Source: Octopus sinensis (Eukaryota). Taken from it: DNA of 64,000 nucleotides. This document shows, piece by piece, positions 13,152-25,799 of this stretch; positions within the stretch are counted from its first letter, which is position 1, and each line of letters starts with the position of its first letter. The translations under genes and the position numbers were made by a program. Location of the stretch: the NCBI RefSeq assembly GCF_006345805.1, contig NC_043011.1, forward strand, positions 12,846,464 through 12,910,463. The letters are read 5' to 3'. The notes under the pieces are model-generated. The model did not search any database. It was not told the origin of the DNA and worked only from the letters and a program-made list of their open reading frames with translations.

Positions 13152-13362
13152 ATATTGTAATATGGGCGAAACTTCGGTATAAGTGCCGGAAGTACCGGAT
13201 ACATTTCAAGAAAGCGTTTTTTTAAATATATATGGGGGATTAGGGTTATGGTTAGGGTTTGTGTTAGGGTTAGGGTTAGGGGTGGAAGAAAAGGGTTTCT
13301 GTTATCTTCAGAAATGTAAAAAGAGTCACGTGTGTACCTATACCGAAGCATCGCCGTAATAT
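13152..13362. mobile_element. MITE-like element with an internal TTAGGG tract, related internally to family A
   Basis: Imperfect inverted ends ggcgaaacttcggtata / tataccgaagcatcgcc; the internal gggttagggttaggggtgg...tcttcagaaatgtaaa resembles the family A interior. Confidence 0.4.
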
Positions 13363-13433
13363 GTATGTGAATATATATTTGAACACGTACACATAGACCC
13401 ACAGATACATACGCGGACACATACATGCATACC

Positions 13434-13801
13434 TATTTCTTTACTACCCACAAGGGGCTACACACAGAGGGGAGAAACAAGGACAGACAAACGGATTAAG
13501 TCGATTATATCGTCCCCAATGCGTAACTGGTACTTAATCTATCGACCCCGAAAGGATGAAAGGCAAAGTCGACCTCGGCGGAATTTGAACTCACAACGTA
13601 ACGGCAGACGAAATACCTATTTCTTTAGTACTCACAAGGGGCTAAACACAGAGGGGACAAACAAGGACAGACAAACGGATTAAGTCGATTATATCGACCC
13701 CAGTGCGTAACTGGTACTTAATCTATCGACCCCGAAAGGATGAAAGGCAAAGTCAACCTCGGCGGAATTTGAACTCTGAACGTAACGGCAGACGAAATAC
13801 G
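13434..13801 (-). mobile_element. Two tandem SINE D bodies, the 3' part of the SINE that hosts the LINE
   Basis: Two ~185-bp units, each cut at ggcagacgaaatac; outer 13-bp TSD atacatgcatacc at 13421-13433 and 19210-19222. Confidence 0.85.
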
Positions 13802-14047
13802 AATTTCTTTATTGCCCACCGGGGGCCAAACATAGATATGGACAGTACAACTGATGGGATCAGTGAATCGATATGATTTTACATAAATGTGACTTCAAAA
13901 ATAAAATACAATACATAAACATTGTATGGAATACACAGTACAAAAACAATACAAATGAAGCGATGATCAAGTTACGCTCCGATCCCACAAGCCCCGATCT
14001 ACCGCTGATACCTTTTTATTTTTCCTTTTTTTTTTTTCCTCGTCTAT

Positions 14048-17000
14048 TCACACGGTTCCTTGCACGCACAACACTCGTGCAACATACTTCCATCTCTTTT
14101 GGAACGTACACTCTGACAGACACCTCTTCTCCAGCCACAGTTTCCTTTTCAAATGAAAAGAAAAAAAGGATCGTAAATTGTCACCAGAGATAAAGTTGCC
14201 TGTCTTAATTCCTTTTATCCTAGTCTTCCATACTGCCTCTTTTGCTATTGCTACAACCGTGAGAAAACAATTCTTACCTTCGTTCGTTAGAACTCCCGGT
14301 GGGTCAATTTTTATAATTGACTCAGTCGACAGCCGTACTCTTCCTTCGCCGGACAACAGATGTTCAGCATAAGCCCACATTTCAGTTATCTCCGGACACT
14401 GAACAATAGCGTGAGGGACGGTTTCCCTGTCCCCACCGCATCTTGGACAGGTCGGCGACTGGCGTTTACCATGTCTTGCGAGCTTATCCCAAACGGGCAA
14501 GACACCTCTGTAGCATTGCCAGGTTAAGGACTTTTGGAAGTTGCCCAACGTTCTCAACCCGAATGTACGATGAAACAAACTGTCCAGTTGAATAAATCCG
14601 AGACCTAGAATAGACCCCAGGCCATCGTCGCATTCAGACTCTACCAACCCACTATATAAAATCCGTGTGGAACCCCTACCGCTGGCGTTGCCCGAGCGCC
14701 GGAACAGCAAAAGGGCCTTACGGCACTCTTTATGCCACTCACTCGACCTCGGTCTACGAGAACACCAGGCTTCCTGTTCGCAAAAACTCTTGAACTCAGG
14801 GAACATTTGTCTGGCTAGCGGAGACCACACCCGTTCACTATCCAGGAGAATCCAGAGGTGCCTCAACCTCAACGCATGTCTGCGCATCATTAACCAAGGC
14901 ATCCCTAAACCTCCCTTTAAAGGCTTTTGACAGCAGACAGAGCGTTTCACAAGTGGCGACCTGCCCTTCCATAAAAAGCGAAAGAGCTGTCTCTCCAACC
15001 TGATCAACCACGAATCCGGACAGGGCACGACGGTCAGGCGGTAGGTAATGACCGATGCGATAAACACATTGGCCACCTCCGCCCTCCCTTTCAGGGATAG
15101 CCACCGCCAAGACCAGGTCTTGACTACTGCAGCCACCCTGCTCAATATCTCCGTCCAGTTCTTCTCTATCTGGAGGCCTGGTCCAAACCAGACTCCCAGC
15201 AACTTAACCGGTCCCTCCGTCCAGCGCCTAACAACACTGTCTGAAGGCATCGACTTGCCAACCCAGGTGCCGAACTGCAAGCCGACCGACTTTTCCCGGT
15301 TAATCTTTGCTCCTGCTACCTCCTCGTAAGCATCAATAGTCTTACCTACTTCACGTAGGCGTGCTACTGTGGTTACACTGATAGTGATATCATCCGCGAA
15401 AGCCGTAACAAACTCCTCTAGTCCTGGTTCTCTCGGGATGCCACTCAACCTTTGCAGTAATGGCTCGAGAGCCATCACATACAAAAGTGGTGAAAGCGGA
15501 CATCCTTGACGAACCGAGCGTCTGATGGAGAACGGCTTCGAAAGGAAACCGTTCACCCGAACTATCGAGTCAATGTTGTGGTACAAAGCGATAAACCACC
15601 TGAGGAAGCCAAGGCCCAAGCCAAACCGCGCAAGTACAGTCGCTAGGTATCGATGGTCAACCCTATCAAAAGCTTTAGACTGGTCCAAATGCACCAATGC
15701 CCCACCTTTGCCAGATTTATTACCAACCCTCTCTATGGTATAGCGAATAAGATGGAGGGTATCCTGAATGGTTCTACCTGGATGGCACATGTCTGTGCCT
15801 CCCGGACTATACCATTCGCGACACGCGCCAACCTTTTTGCTAGAACCTTGGCCAAAATCTTCACTTCTGCGTTTAACAGAGTGATGGGCCTGAAATTCTC
15901 TAGAACGTCCCCCTTGTCCGGGTCCTTTCTGACCAACGTCACTACTCACCGGCGCACAGATCTGGGGATAAACCCATTCTGTTTCCAGTTCGCGTACACG
16001 TCAGTCAGTAGTTGCCCGAACAAGTCTGGCATACATTTATACTGCTCGTACGGAAGACCATCAAATCCCGGTGACTTACCCGCTTTACAATCGGCCAAAG
16101 CCTCCATCACCTCCTCAGGTGTGACTGACCCTTCGCAAGACTCCGCATCCGACCCCGAGAGGCACGGCAGCCCGGTAAGAAAGTCCTCGAGGGCTCTCCC
16201 ACCACCAGGACCGCCGTCACCCCCGAACAGCTGGGCGAAGTACTCCCGAAAGACCTCACACATTTTCTCGGGTTCGTTTACCAAGACACCATTTTGATTC
16301 GTCAAAGACCGAATAGAGGAACTATTTCCTTGCCGAGCTTCCACCACTCGGGTCCATCCAGCGGCTTTGATTCCTTCACTTCCCATTGCACGTAACTTAG
16401 CTCTGGTAATACTTCCCATGTGGTGGGCTTCAAGATGCTGGTTTAACTCCAGTCTTTTCACCCTCGCTTGGTCTGTATTACCAGTCCTCCAGGCTTCTTC
16501 TAGTTCCTTAACTATACCATCTCCTATTTTACGTCCCTTCTTAGCTAAACTTATGCTAAACCTAATAGACTCATATTTGATGGCTCTTTTTAGGGCGTAC
16601 CACCATTTGTTATTAATGATGGTACCTGTTAATGCCCTCTGTATTAACATCTTGATCCGCTTTCTGTACTCCTCAATCGCCAAAAGGGACGTATTGAGTT
16701 TCCAGTAGTCAGATCCCTGTCTATGCAACTTATCTACCGTCAGTTTACAGGTAACCATCTTGTGGTCACTGTAGCTGACTAGAAAAAACTGTGGACACTC
16801 AACTATGGACTTATCTTTTTCTCTAATTAAAATCCTATCTAGATATGTTCTGGTAGACCCGTCACTATTTGACCACGTCCACTGTGGAGTGTTCGGGTGC
16901 TCCAACCTATATGGATCTGCTAGCTGAAATTGACTTAGCAGATCCCGAAAGCCTGGGTTACATTTTCTGTTCATGTTCGAGTTTGAGCCAATACAATCTG

Positions 17001-17448
17001 TGTGTGCTGCACATATTGTATTAGAGTCTCCTAACACTACTAGTGAATGCGACGTGGCTAAGAACTTTCCTAGGCCACGAAAATATTCAGTTTGCGGGCC
17101 AATAATGTTTGGTGCGTAAATAGCGACCAGCCTGATTGTCTTGCCACAACTGAATGTCAAGTCGAGAACGACCAGCCTGCCTTCTGGGTCAGAAAAAACC
17201 AACTTTTTCTCGGCTACCCGGTTTCTTTTTAGTAGGACCAACACCCCACCCCCACCTCCCGCCCGACTCGGAGAAACGTATTTCTCGTAGCCGTTCAGGA
17301 GGGGGAGCAGATCTCTTGGCCCCTTCACCCGGTTTTCCGTTGCAACAATTACATCCAAATTTCTCGACCTGATGTCATTTAGAAAGCGTCCTTGCTTCCA
17401 GCTTGACAACAGGCCATGAACATTTAAACAACCAATGTGAATAGCCAT
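14048..17448 (-). pseudogene. LINE ORF2: APE endonuclease, reverse transcriptase and CCHC domain (~1130 aa restored)
   Basis: LNVHGL, ATE, YLDRIL, SDH (APE); FRPITLLN, LDQSKAFDRVDH, VRQGCPLSP, FADD (RT); CPRC...H...C. Only two lesions: an in-frame TGA at 15946-15948 and a 1-nt deletion at ~15780 (ATC CCA GGT read as ATCCAGGT). Confidence 0.92.
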
Positions 17449-17459
17449 GACTTACCTGT

Positions 17460-18982
17460 TTAATCAGGATTGTCCGGTGGAGGGGGACCCTCCACCTTTT
17501 TTTGATCCAGGGTCGGAGGTGGACGGTCTTGGGAAATAGATTTGTCAAAATCCCGTCTCACCACCGACACAGAATTATCAGGTGGAGGGGGAATCTCCAC
17601 CTTTTCCTTTTCTCGCGGGATCGGGGCTGGTAATCCATGAAATATCGACTTGTTAAAATCTAATCTCAATGAAGATACAGTCTTTCTGTATTTATTTTGT
17701 AGAATTCTATAAGTCTTATTTGAGACTTCATATATGTCGTAATTGATAAATTCCTCTGAAAGGTTATCTATTTTTTTTACAGTCTTTATCAGTTGAATGT
17801 CTCTCATGAGCTCAGTATCTTTAGTGTATACGGCTATTATGCCTTTTTCTTCTTTTTCTCTTCTGGCAGTCTTTTTTGGTCGTTGTTCTGTAGTAGTCGC
17901 CGCTCTCGGCTGGGTTGCTGGTTGTATTTTTCTTTTGTTTGTTGTTTTTTTCTCATCTGTTTCTTCTTTATCTTCTTCCTCTTTGTCTTTTTTCTCCTCT
18001 TCCTCCTCTTCTTCATTTTCCTTGCAGTTCCTTCGAATGTGGCCTAACATAAAAAACATCGAGGTTTTCGGCTCTCAACAAACACCACGAGGTTCTCCTC
18101 CCCTACCTCAATTGTCTCGGGAATTGCTTGAATTATTTTAGGGTCCGCTTGAATGAGAAGATTAATTGTTTGACCATCCCAGCGTGGGTTTTCCGTAGCG
18201 GTAGCCTGGAGGAGAGTAATTTTTTCTACCTCTTTGATTAGGACTGCCGTCAACAACCACATAGGTTCGACCTCTGGCGGGACCCTTGTAATTTTTATTC
18301 TCGACGTCCTCATCCCCATATAATAGGGGATGAGCTCCACGTCGTTCGTTTTCAGCGTTTCAACTGAGTTCTTGTGTGCTATTTCTTTATTGGTGAACCT
18401 TACTTCCACTGTTCCGAATTTTTTTCCTCTTCTCAGATATACTACGTCGCCCCATATTGGCTTTAAGCACTTTTCTATTTTCTCTTCTGACATTCTTTCA
18501 ATTTTTCTTTTTTGTAGACAATATGTTTTGAAAATTATTGTATTTTGCTTTTCTTCTTGTAATAACTTTTGCGGAGGTTCAATTTTCACACCGTTGTCAG
18601 TTATTTTCATCATTTGGCTGTATTTCATAAAGTCGCTTTTATTCGTCGACAGTATCCGGGTTCCACCCCCAGCAGCCAACGCAAAACTTTTTTTTCCATC
18701 TTTTGGTTCTATCTGGATGCTAAGTACATCAATTATTCTCTTCGACACAATGCCTTTGTTCTCTGGCAAAGTCGGAAACTCTTCTGGTGAAAGTTCTGAC
18801 GAGCTCTCAGACACATCTCCAAAAATATCAAATATATTATCCTCTCTGCTATTCCTTCTTGTAGCGGGGGAAACCCCTATTTCCTTGTCTGTAGTTGGCT
18901 CCTCGCCGGACATGTATTTCCTCCTCTTAACAGGAGAAACAAGTATTTCTGCTCCAACGGTAGGCTCCATGCTAGACGACAT
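17460..18982 (-). pseudogene. LINE ORF1 (RRM-like region plus CCHC knuckle), one frameshift
   Basis: ATG at 18982. PRCFLC ends one frame and LGHIRRNC continues in another at ~18045, splitting a C-X2-C-X4-H-X4-C knuckle. The C-terminus is acidic/basic with two PPPPDN repeats. Confidence 0.82.
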
Positions 18983-19144
18983 TCTTCCCCCCAGAGGGGG
19001 AATGAACAACGCGTGCTACCACAAGCACTAAGTGTTTTCAATTGAAAACTCCAACAGTTAAGTTATTCAACAGTTTAACAAGAAACAACAGTTATTAACA
19101 ATATTAACACCAAGAAACAGCAATTCTTACCACGAACACATGTG

Positions 19145-19209
19145 CGGCAGACGAAATACGGCTACGCATTTCGCCCGGCGTGCTAACATTTCTGCCAGCT
19201 CGCCGCCTA
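19145..19209 (-). mobile_element. 5' head of the SINE D copy split by the LINE
   Basis: ggcggcgagctggcagaaatgttagcacgccgggcgaaatgcgtagccgtatttcgtctgccg on minus; joins the body at 13801. Confidence 0.85.
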
Positions 19210-19448
19210 ATACATGCATACCAGGTACATGTTGAACTTGTCATCGTGCATACTCCATGTGCATAGCAGTTGTTTCCCCTGGTGATGTGAGTTCGACCAT
19301 TATGACTGGACTGGGTGAAACCGAATGAGCTTAAAAAGCCTTTTGCTAAATAAATATTTCTACTTTACAAGACTACTACTTTGTATATTCTGAAATATGT
19401 TTCACTTTGCATATATTACGCACGTGCACACACACACACACACGCACA

Positions 19449-19479
<31 letters not shown>

Positions 19480-19623
19480 TCACAAACACACACACGAGAC
19501 ATGATTTAAATACATCTTTATTGTTAGTAACAATTGTATCAGTACCACTCCGTTTCTAATTCCATTGCAAGTAAATGGTTCTAAGTAAAAAGTTACGTAA
19601 TTCTATGTCAATCCAAACGCAAG

Positions 19624-20042
19624 GGATCTTTTCGGTTTGAACGGCAGTTTTTTAAAATAATTTCCACGTAACTAAACACTTTTAAACTTCGTATACTGGT
19701 AGAATGTGTTTATAAAACATCTTTTTCTCTTGGCTTTATTGAGAAAATTCTATAGTTTGTAAGATATTTGTTGTTGTTTTCTTCAATTTCTGCAATTTCA
19801 ACCAATCAATGATGTCTATTGAGGTAAAAAAAAACATTCTGTGTCGTATGAATATGTCCCTCGTTTAAGAAACATATTGGGTTTATTTACATTTGTGAAG
19901 AAAAAAACATACCCTTCCCCCCACCCAAACCCTAACCCTAAAACAAATTGAGATGCAATAGATCGATACTAGGGTCATAATTATGGGTGACAATTTTTTA
20001 TGACACCGCTAGAAAAAACTGCCGTTCAAACCGAAAAGATCC
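19624..20042 (+). mobile_element. MITE family A, full copy
   Basis: Both TIRs present; no clear TSD. Confidence 0.88.
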
Positions 20043-20572
20043 TAGGATCCAATGTCAAAGAATAACTATGCAAGGTCAAGTTATTTTCTTTTTCAGCCAT
20101 CGAAAATTTATAAATTTTAATGACAGATTTGTTGACTTCGCCGTATAACAAGCGAACATAGAAGTTACTGAGTGCCTTTGCTATATCTAAAAGCTGATTT
20201 TATTTGTGTTTGTAATTATTGCTTTTGTTAACTTTCCAAAATGGATTTGCTGTTATTCTATATAATTAACAAATCTAATGTATGTGTGATTAACAAAATG
20301 AACCTTTTGGTCTTGGTTTTCTTCAGTTACTTTTACGCGTGACGGCTAACTTATATTTTAGCACTCTTATTTAAATGTTAGAGTTGTTGCTATGCTTTTG
20401 TTTCACTCTGTTTATAATGTAATATGATTAGCTGCATATTGTATATCATTAATAGCCATTGAAACCGAGAACAAACCTGCCATTCATTATATAAACTTTG
20501 TATCTATCAGCGATGGTACACTAAATAAGGCGCTAAAAGGAGTGTCACGGCACATCAGTTTTCTCAAAGTTT

Positions 20573-20632
<60 letters not shown>

Positions 20633-20821
20633 AATATATGTACACACACACACACACACGCAGGGTGTCCCAAAAGTCGCTGATGGGTTTCAGTTTTTAA
20701 TAACTCCCTTAACTTTACAAATAAATGCATGAAATTTTGATACAATATATAGGACATAATGGAAATTAATATGCACAAGTCAAATTTTGCAACATCACTG
20801 CATCACATATGAAAAATGACA

Positions 20822-21026
20822 GGATCTTTTCGCTTTGACCGGCAGATTTTTAAAATAATTTCTTTGTAACTAAACACTTTTAAACTTCGTATACTGGCAG
20901 AATGTGTTTATAAAACATCTTTTTCTCTTGGCTTTCTTGAGAAAATTCTATAGTTTGTAAGCTATTTGTTGTTTAGTTTTTTTCATTTCGGCAATTTCAA
21001 TCAATCAATGACGTCTATTGAGGTGA
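20822..21026 (+). mobile_element. Sister-subfamily left arm of MITE A (205 bp)
   Basis: Left TIR variant tttgaccgg; similarity to family A stops at tctattgaggtga. Confidence 0.75.
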
Positions 21027-21087
21027 ATACAATATCTCCGGATCTTTGTCAACAACAATTATTTGCGGTGTCAGGACAACTTTTTAA

Positions 21088-21252
21088 GGCTAGTGCTTAT
21101 TCTATCGGAGTCTTCTATCGAATCACTAAGTTATGGAGAAGTAAACACACCAGCACGGATTATGGTGGAGGACGAGCACAGACATAACGACACACACACG
21201 TATATACATGCATACACACATAAAGACACGCACACATAGATCTATCTATCTA

Positions 21253-21311
<59 letters not shown>

Positions 21312-21451
21312 GACGGGCTTCCTTCAGTTTCCGTCTACCAAATCTACTCACAATAGTAGAAGACACTTCCCTATGATGCCACGTAGTGGGACTGAACCAA
21401 GAACCATGTGGTAGGGAGGCAAGCTTCTTACCACACAGCCACACCTGCGCC
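21088..21451 (-). mobile_element. tRNA-derived SINE family C (internal (AT)n), decayed
   Basis: Head ggcgcaggtgtggctgtgtggtaagaagcttg on minus; central microsatellite. Confidence 0.75.
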
Positions 21452-21868
21452 TAGTTTTAGTACGTACTCTACTTTTCAGTGGTTGTCATATCACTTGACA
21501 TACATTCCACGTTTATGTTTACCAACACATTAATTTTTTTAATGGTCGTTCGTCTACTGTAAATATTTAACTTGCTAAAATATTATCCACGAGAATATGT
21601 CTTTCAACTTGTAAATTGAATATTGATACAAGGAGAGGGAACTGAATTTCTTCGAAAAATTTAGTGGGATGTAACTCACAGTTTGTATAGAGTATGTTTC
21701 GTATTTTTTCATTTTTTCTTTTCATTTTATCTAGTTTCAACTATGGCCATGCTGGGGCACCGCCATGCATGATTTATATAAATCTGTTTTCATCTCCCCT
21801 ATTCCCCCTCTTCCTGTGTGTCTCTGCCTGTCTCTCTACATCCCCATTCTCTCTCTCTCTCCCTCTCT

Positions 21869-21915
<47 letters not shown>

Positions 21916-22039
21916 GCTCTTTCCAGGAGTTTATTTTGATCTTCGAAGACACTATAGTGTCTTATTTCCCCAAACGAAACCCCCCCCACTTACCGACTGA
22001 TAACAATCACAGCTAACATCTCAAAAGCACTGCGAATTA

Positions 22040-22052
22040 TCTCCAGTTTCAG

Positions 22053-22084
<32 letters not shown>

Positions 22085-22553
22085 TATTTCTTTCTTTCTT
22101 TCTTTCTTTCTCTCTCTCTCTCTCTCTCTTTCCTTCTAGCTATCTGTTCCTTTCTCTCCCTCTATCTCCCACCCTCTCGTTCACTCTTCTTCTATCTATC
22201 TGTCTGTTTCACCCCCCTCTCTCTCTATATATATATATATATCTCCTAGCTATCTGTTCCTTTCTCTCCCTCTATCTCCCACCCTCTCGTTCACTCTTCT
22301 TCTATCTATCTGTCTGTTTCACCCCCCTCTCTCTCTCTATATATATCTCTCTCTCCTAGCTATCTGTTCTTTTCTCTCCTCTCTTGTTCACTCACTTTAT
22401 CTATCTGTCTGTTTCACTTCTCTCTCTCTCTTTCTCTCACTCTCTCTTCCTCTCTCTCTCCTTCTAGCTATCTGTTCCTTTCTCTCCCTCTATCTCCCAC
22501 TCTCTCCTTCACTCTTTTTCTATCTATCTTCTGTTTCACTTCTCTCTCTCTCT

Positions 22554-22585
<32 letters not shown>

Positions 22586-22600
22586 TTCTCCCACTCTCCC
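22040..22600. repeat. Pyrimidine-rich compound repeat with ~100-bp minisatellite units
   Basis: cctagctatctgttcctttctctccctctatctccc... recurs four times among (CT)n/(CTTT)n tracts. Confidence 0.8.
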
Positions 22601-23310
22601 CCTGTTACTTCAAGTATCGCTCTGTGCAGACCCATATCTATCGGAAACTTTACTTTCTTATGTCTCTCACCAGTTCTTCGAATTTCAGGACTTTGGCGAA
22701 ACCCATGTTCTTTGTTTTACGTAACTCAGAGTAGAAAGGGCAACATTTATAGCTTTTCTCACTGCCTCTGATTTTGGTGGAAGGAAGAGATTCTCAAACT
22801 GGACACTTGACCAGAACACTGGCAAGACACTTGACTCTGCTAAGTTACCCAAAGATCAGTAGGTGCTGTTAAACCGAGTGACGAATTAAGCCTACAATCC
22901 ATGCCTTCTAATTTACCTGACATGACAAATTCTGAGCTCGGTTTTCTTCTTGTGAACTACATCTGTTTCTTATTTCCTTGATCGGAATATTCTTGTCAGA
23001 TGCAACATTGCTGCGTGTGCAATAGAGCTTTCTCTTACTTATTGTATATTCTACCAAGTTCGACAGGGATAACTTATCTTTCAATTAATTGCTTCATTCC
23101 AAAAAAATTGACTTAAAGAACCTGTACTTAAAAGCCTTTTCGGAGCTTCAAGGTATTTTCATTCTTTTATTTACACCTTGAAAAACTGAGACATTTAAAA
23201 CTTAGTGGCTTGACCATATCCAGAGAGCAGCTCCAGTTACAAACACAATCTATCTTCACCCCTCAGTTAAATACTCAACTTGGCTTTCCAGGCCTTTACG
23301 AAATAGATCA

Positions 23311-23529
23311 TACTCTCTTTTACTCATTTACTTGTTTCAGTCATTTGACTGCGGCCATGCTGGAGCACCGCTTTTAGTCGAGCAAATCGGCCCCAGAACT
23401 TATTCTTTGTAAGCCCAGTACTTATTCTATCGGTCTCTTTTGCCGAACCGCTAAGTGACGGGGACGTAAACACACCAGCATCGGTTGTCAAGCAATGCTA
23501 GGGGGACAAACACAGACACACAAACGTAT

Positions 23530-23570
<41 letters not shown>

Positions 23571-23736
23571 TACGACGGTCTTCTTTCAATTTCCGTCTAC
23601 CAATTCCACTCACAAGGCATTGGTCGGCCCGAGGCTATAGCAGAAGACACTTGCCCAGGATGCCACGCAGTGGGACTGAACCCGGTACCATGTGGTTGGT
23701 AAGCAAGCTACTTACCACACAGCCACTCCTGCGCCT
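23311..23736 (-). mobile_element. SINE family C, full copy
   Basis: tRNA-like head, (AT)n centre, tail ...cagtcaaatgactgaaacaagtaaatgagtaaaagagag on minus. Confidence 0.88.
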
Positions 23737-24447
23737 ATATGTTTATCTTATAAATGATAATTTTACTGCATTTTCACTGAATTATTTTTTTAGTTATTTA
23801 TAAGCATAAATTAACTATATCATTTAAGTTATGCCATCATTTTTTTAAAGTTATTATAACTTGGAAATAAATGGAAATAACAAATAGGACTGAAATATAA
23901 AATCATTTAAAAAATCGTGTAAAGAAACACTTAAGAGGTGAGAAATAATGTGTGAGTTTCTGTTTTTAAATGTATTGATTTCTTATGAAGACATACAAAA
24001 CTGCATGCTGTATCTAATCATAACTGATTAAATCGACTCCAGAATATGACTGGTACTATCGATCATACGAAATGAGAGGCAAGGTCAATTCAGGAAAATC
24101 AGTCACAGAATGTAAAGAAATGTAACTAATTGCAGTAAGGCTACCAAGAAGACATATGGATTTCAAGACTCTCATACTAAAGTATATACAATTTTCACAT
24201 TTCTAAACTAACTATATGAACTATACTAGAATATAAGATAATATGACAGATTTTGAGTATGAATATTATGGATTATCGCAGTAGAATAACCAAGGAAACA
24301 TATATGGATTTAAAGACTCTCGTCAAAAGTAGTAATTTTTAATTTTTAATTTTTATTTTACATTTCAAACAAACACCATTTTACAATTTTACTTCAAATT
24401 TTTAAAAAAACTATCATTCGATATATTATACAATATTCATATTTTAT

Positions 24448-24537
24448 ATCTCTGAAGAACAGAAGGGTTGTCTATAAATGCTTATCAATATAGGATTTCA
24501 TTATAGGGACAACTCTTCTGCGAAACGATCATAAGAT
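24448..24537 (+). ncRNA. Degenerate type I hammerhead ribozyme (Penelope-type)
   Basis: atct-CTGAAGA-a-[cagaagggttgtctataa / ttatagggacaactcttctg]-c-GAAAC-gatc-ATA-agat. G16.2 is replaced by A. Confidence 0.6.
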
Positions 24538-25089
24538 GCTTAAATAATTAATTCAAAATTTTTAAACTATCAAATTTATTTTATACATTATATTTATATT
24601 TTTATATTTATTTATATATATTTTTAATACAATAATTTCTTTCACACGGGTATATCTTTATGATGAGTTTGGATATTAATTTCCTTATATTATTAATTAT
24701 TATATATTATTAAAAAATATGTGTGTGTGTGTGTGTGTGTGTGTGTTGTGTGTGTGTGTGTGTGTGTGTATAGTTCCCTCTCTTTTTTCCTTAATCAAAC
24801 TTAACCATTCCGTATCTTCTCTTTATTTCCCAACGATCTCTTATATCGCAATAGCATAAAGGAATTTCTACCCCGCCTCTCTCCCACACACTCTTGTGCG
24901 GTATGTCTTTCTTCGTCAATAACAAACCTATCTATTTATCTAATTAATCCACTTCTCTTTATAGTACTTGCTTTCCCTTCTCTTCAGTTCCTTTCAACAG
25001 AGCCGCCATTTCTCTTCCATATTTTTAAAGCGTGACTGAAGCAATGAAACCAGCAACAGAAAAAGATTACCGCTTTGGCTTTTATAATA

Positions 25090-25225
25090 TTGATTTCAAA
25101 TTTTGACACTAGGCCAACAATTTCGAAGGGGGGTGTAAGTCGATCACATTGACTCTAGAGTTCAACCGGTACTTCTTTTTTTGACCCCGAAAGGTTGAAA
25201 GGCGAAGTCAAACCTCGGGGAATAC
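25090..25225 (-). mobile_element. SINE D variant fragment with the alternative tail
   Basis: Same ...caaattttg(a/g)cac..gcca(a/g)caatt tail as 11385-11587, plus the gaccccgaaagg core. Confidence 0.6.
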
Positions 25226-25452
25226 TTAGCTTTTATAATATCAATTATTCAGCTGATCCACCAGCCATACTAAAAGTGTTATAATAAAACTAAGTTACAC
25301 ATAATTGATTTATCGAGAAACACAAGTTTGGTTTTATATGATTGAAGTTTTAAATAAATCGGGGAATTGATGTCGGGTTTTATAACTCTATGTCATAATT
25401 GTTTACAAATGGTTAATGTTTGAAATGCTGTAAAACGTTTATAGTGTAGTAA

Positions 25453-25799
25453 TCTCTCTATATATATAAACGGCAAAATGTCTGTGTGTGTGTCCTTTAT
25501 ACAAATCCACAATTTTTCGGTTAGAGGGCTCGCACTTACTATGGTCATTCAAAACCGTCCAAGGGTGGTTGTGCACATCTTTACATTTCCCCAGTCACCC
25601 TGCAAAGCCATTAAAAAATCAATAGAAGTGACTTTGTTTTTGTGAATTTACTATCCAAAACCCAATCAAAATGCCCAAAACTTGATACGCCAATTGAATG
25701 CCAGCAAGCTGTATGTGATTGGTCGGAGATTTGAACAGTACTCGAGTGTATTTGCATGCACTAGCACTGTAACCCGGCGCTGCCGGGTCATAGTGCTTG
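25453..25799 (+). mobile_element. Non-autonomous Helitron
   Basis: A|TCTCTCTATATATATAAACGGC start; hairpin cccggcgctgccggg; ends CTTG|T (CTAG variant). Confidence 0.65.

Larger units (their letters stand above)
13802..19144 (-). mobile_element. Near full-length Tx1/L1-type non-LTR retrotransposon (~5.34 kb)
   Basis: ORF1 (RRM-like plus CCHC) and ORF2 (APE, RT, C-terminal Zn finger); 16-bp TSD cggcagacgaaatacg at 13786-13801 and 19145-19160. Confidence 0.9.

Noticed and set aside
14178-19031. Plus-strand ORFs (214, 233, 113 aa and others) over the LINE
   Set aside because: They are antisense shadows of ORF1 and ORF2.
22620-23300. Coding-like stretch
   Set aside because: No frame gave a recognisable motif.
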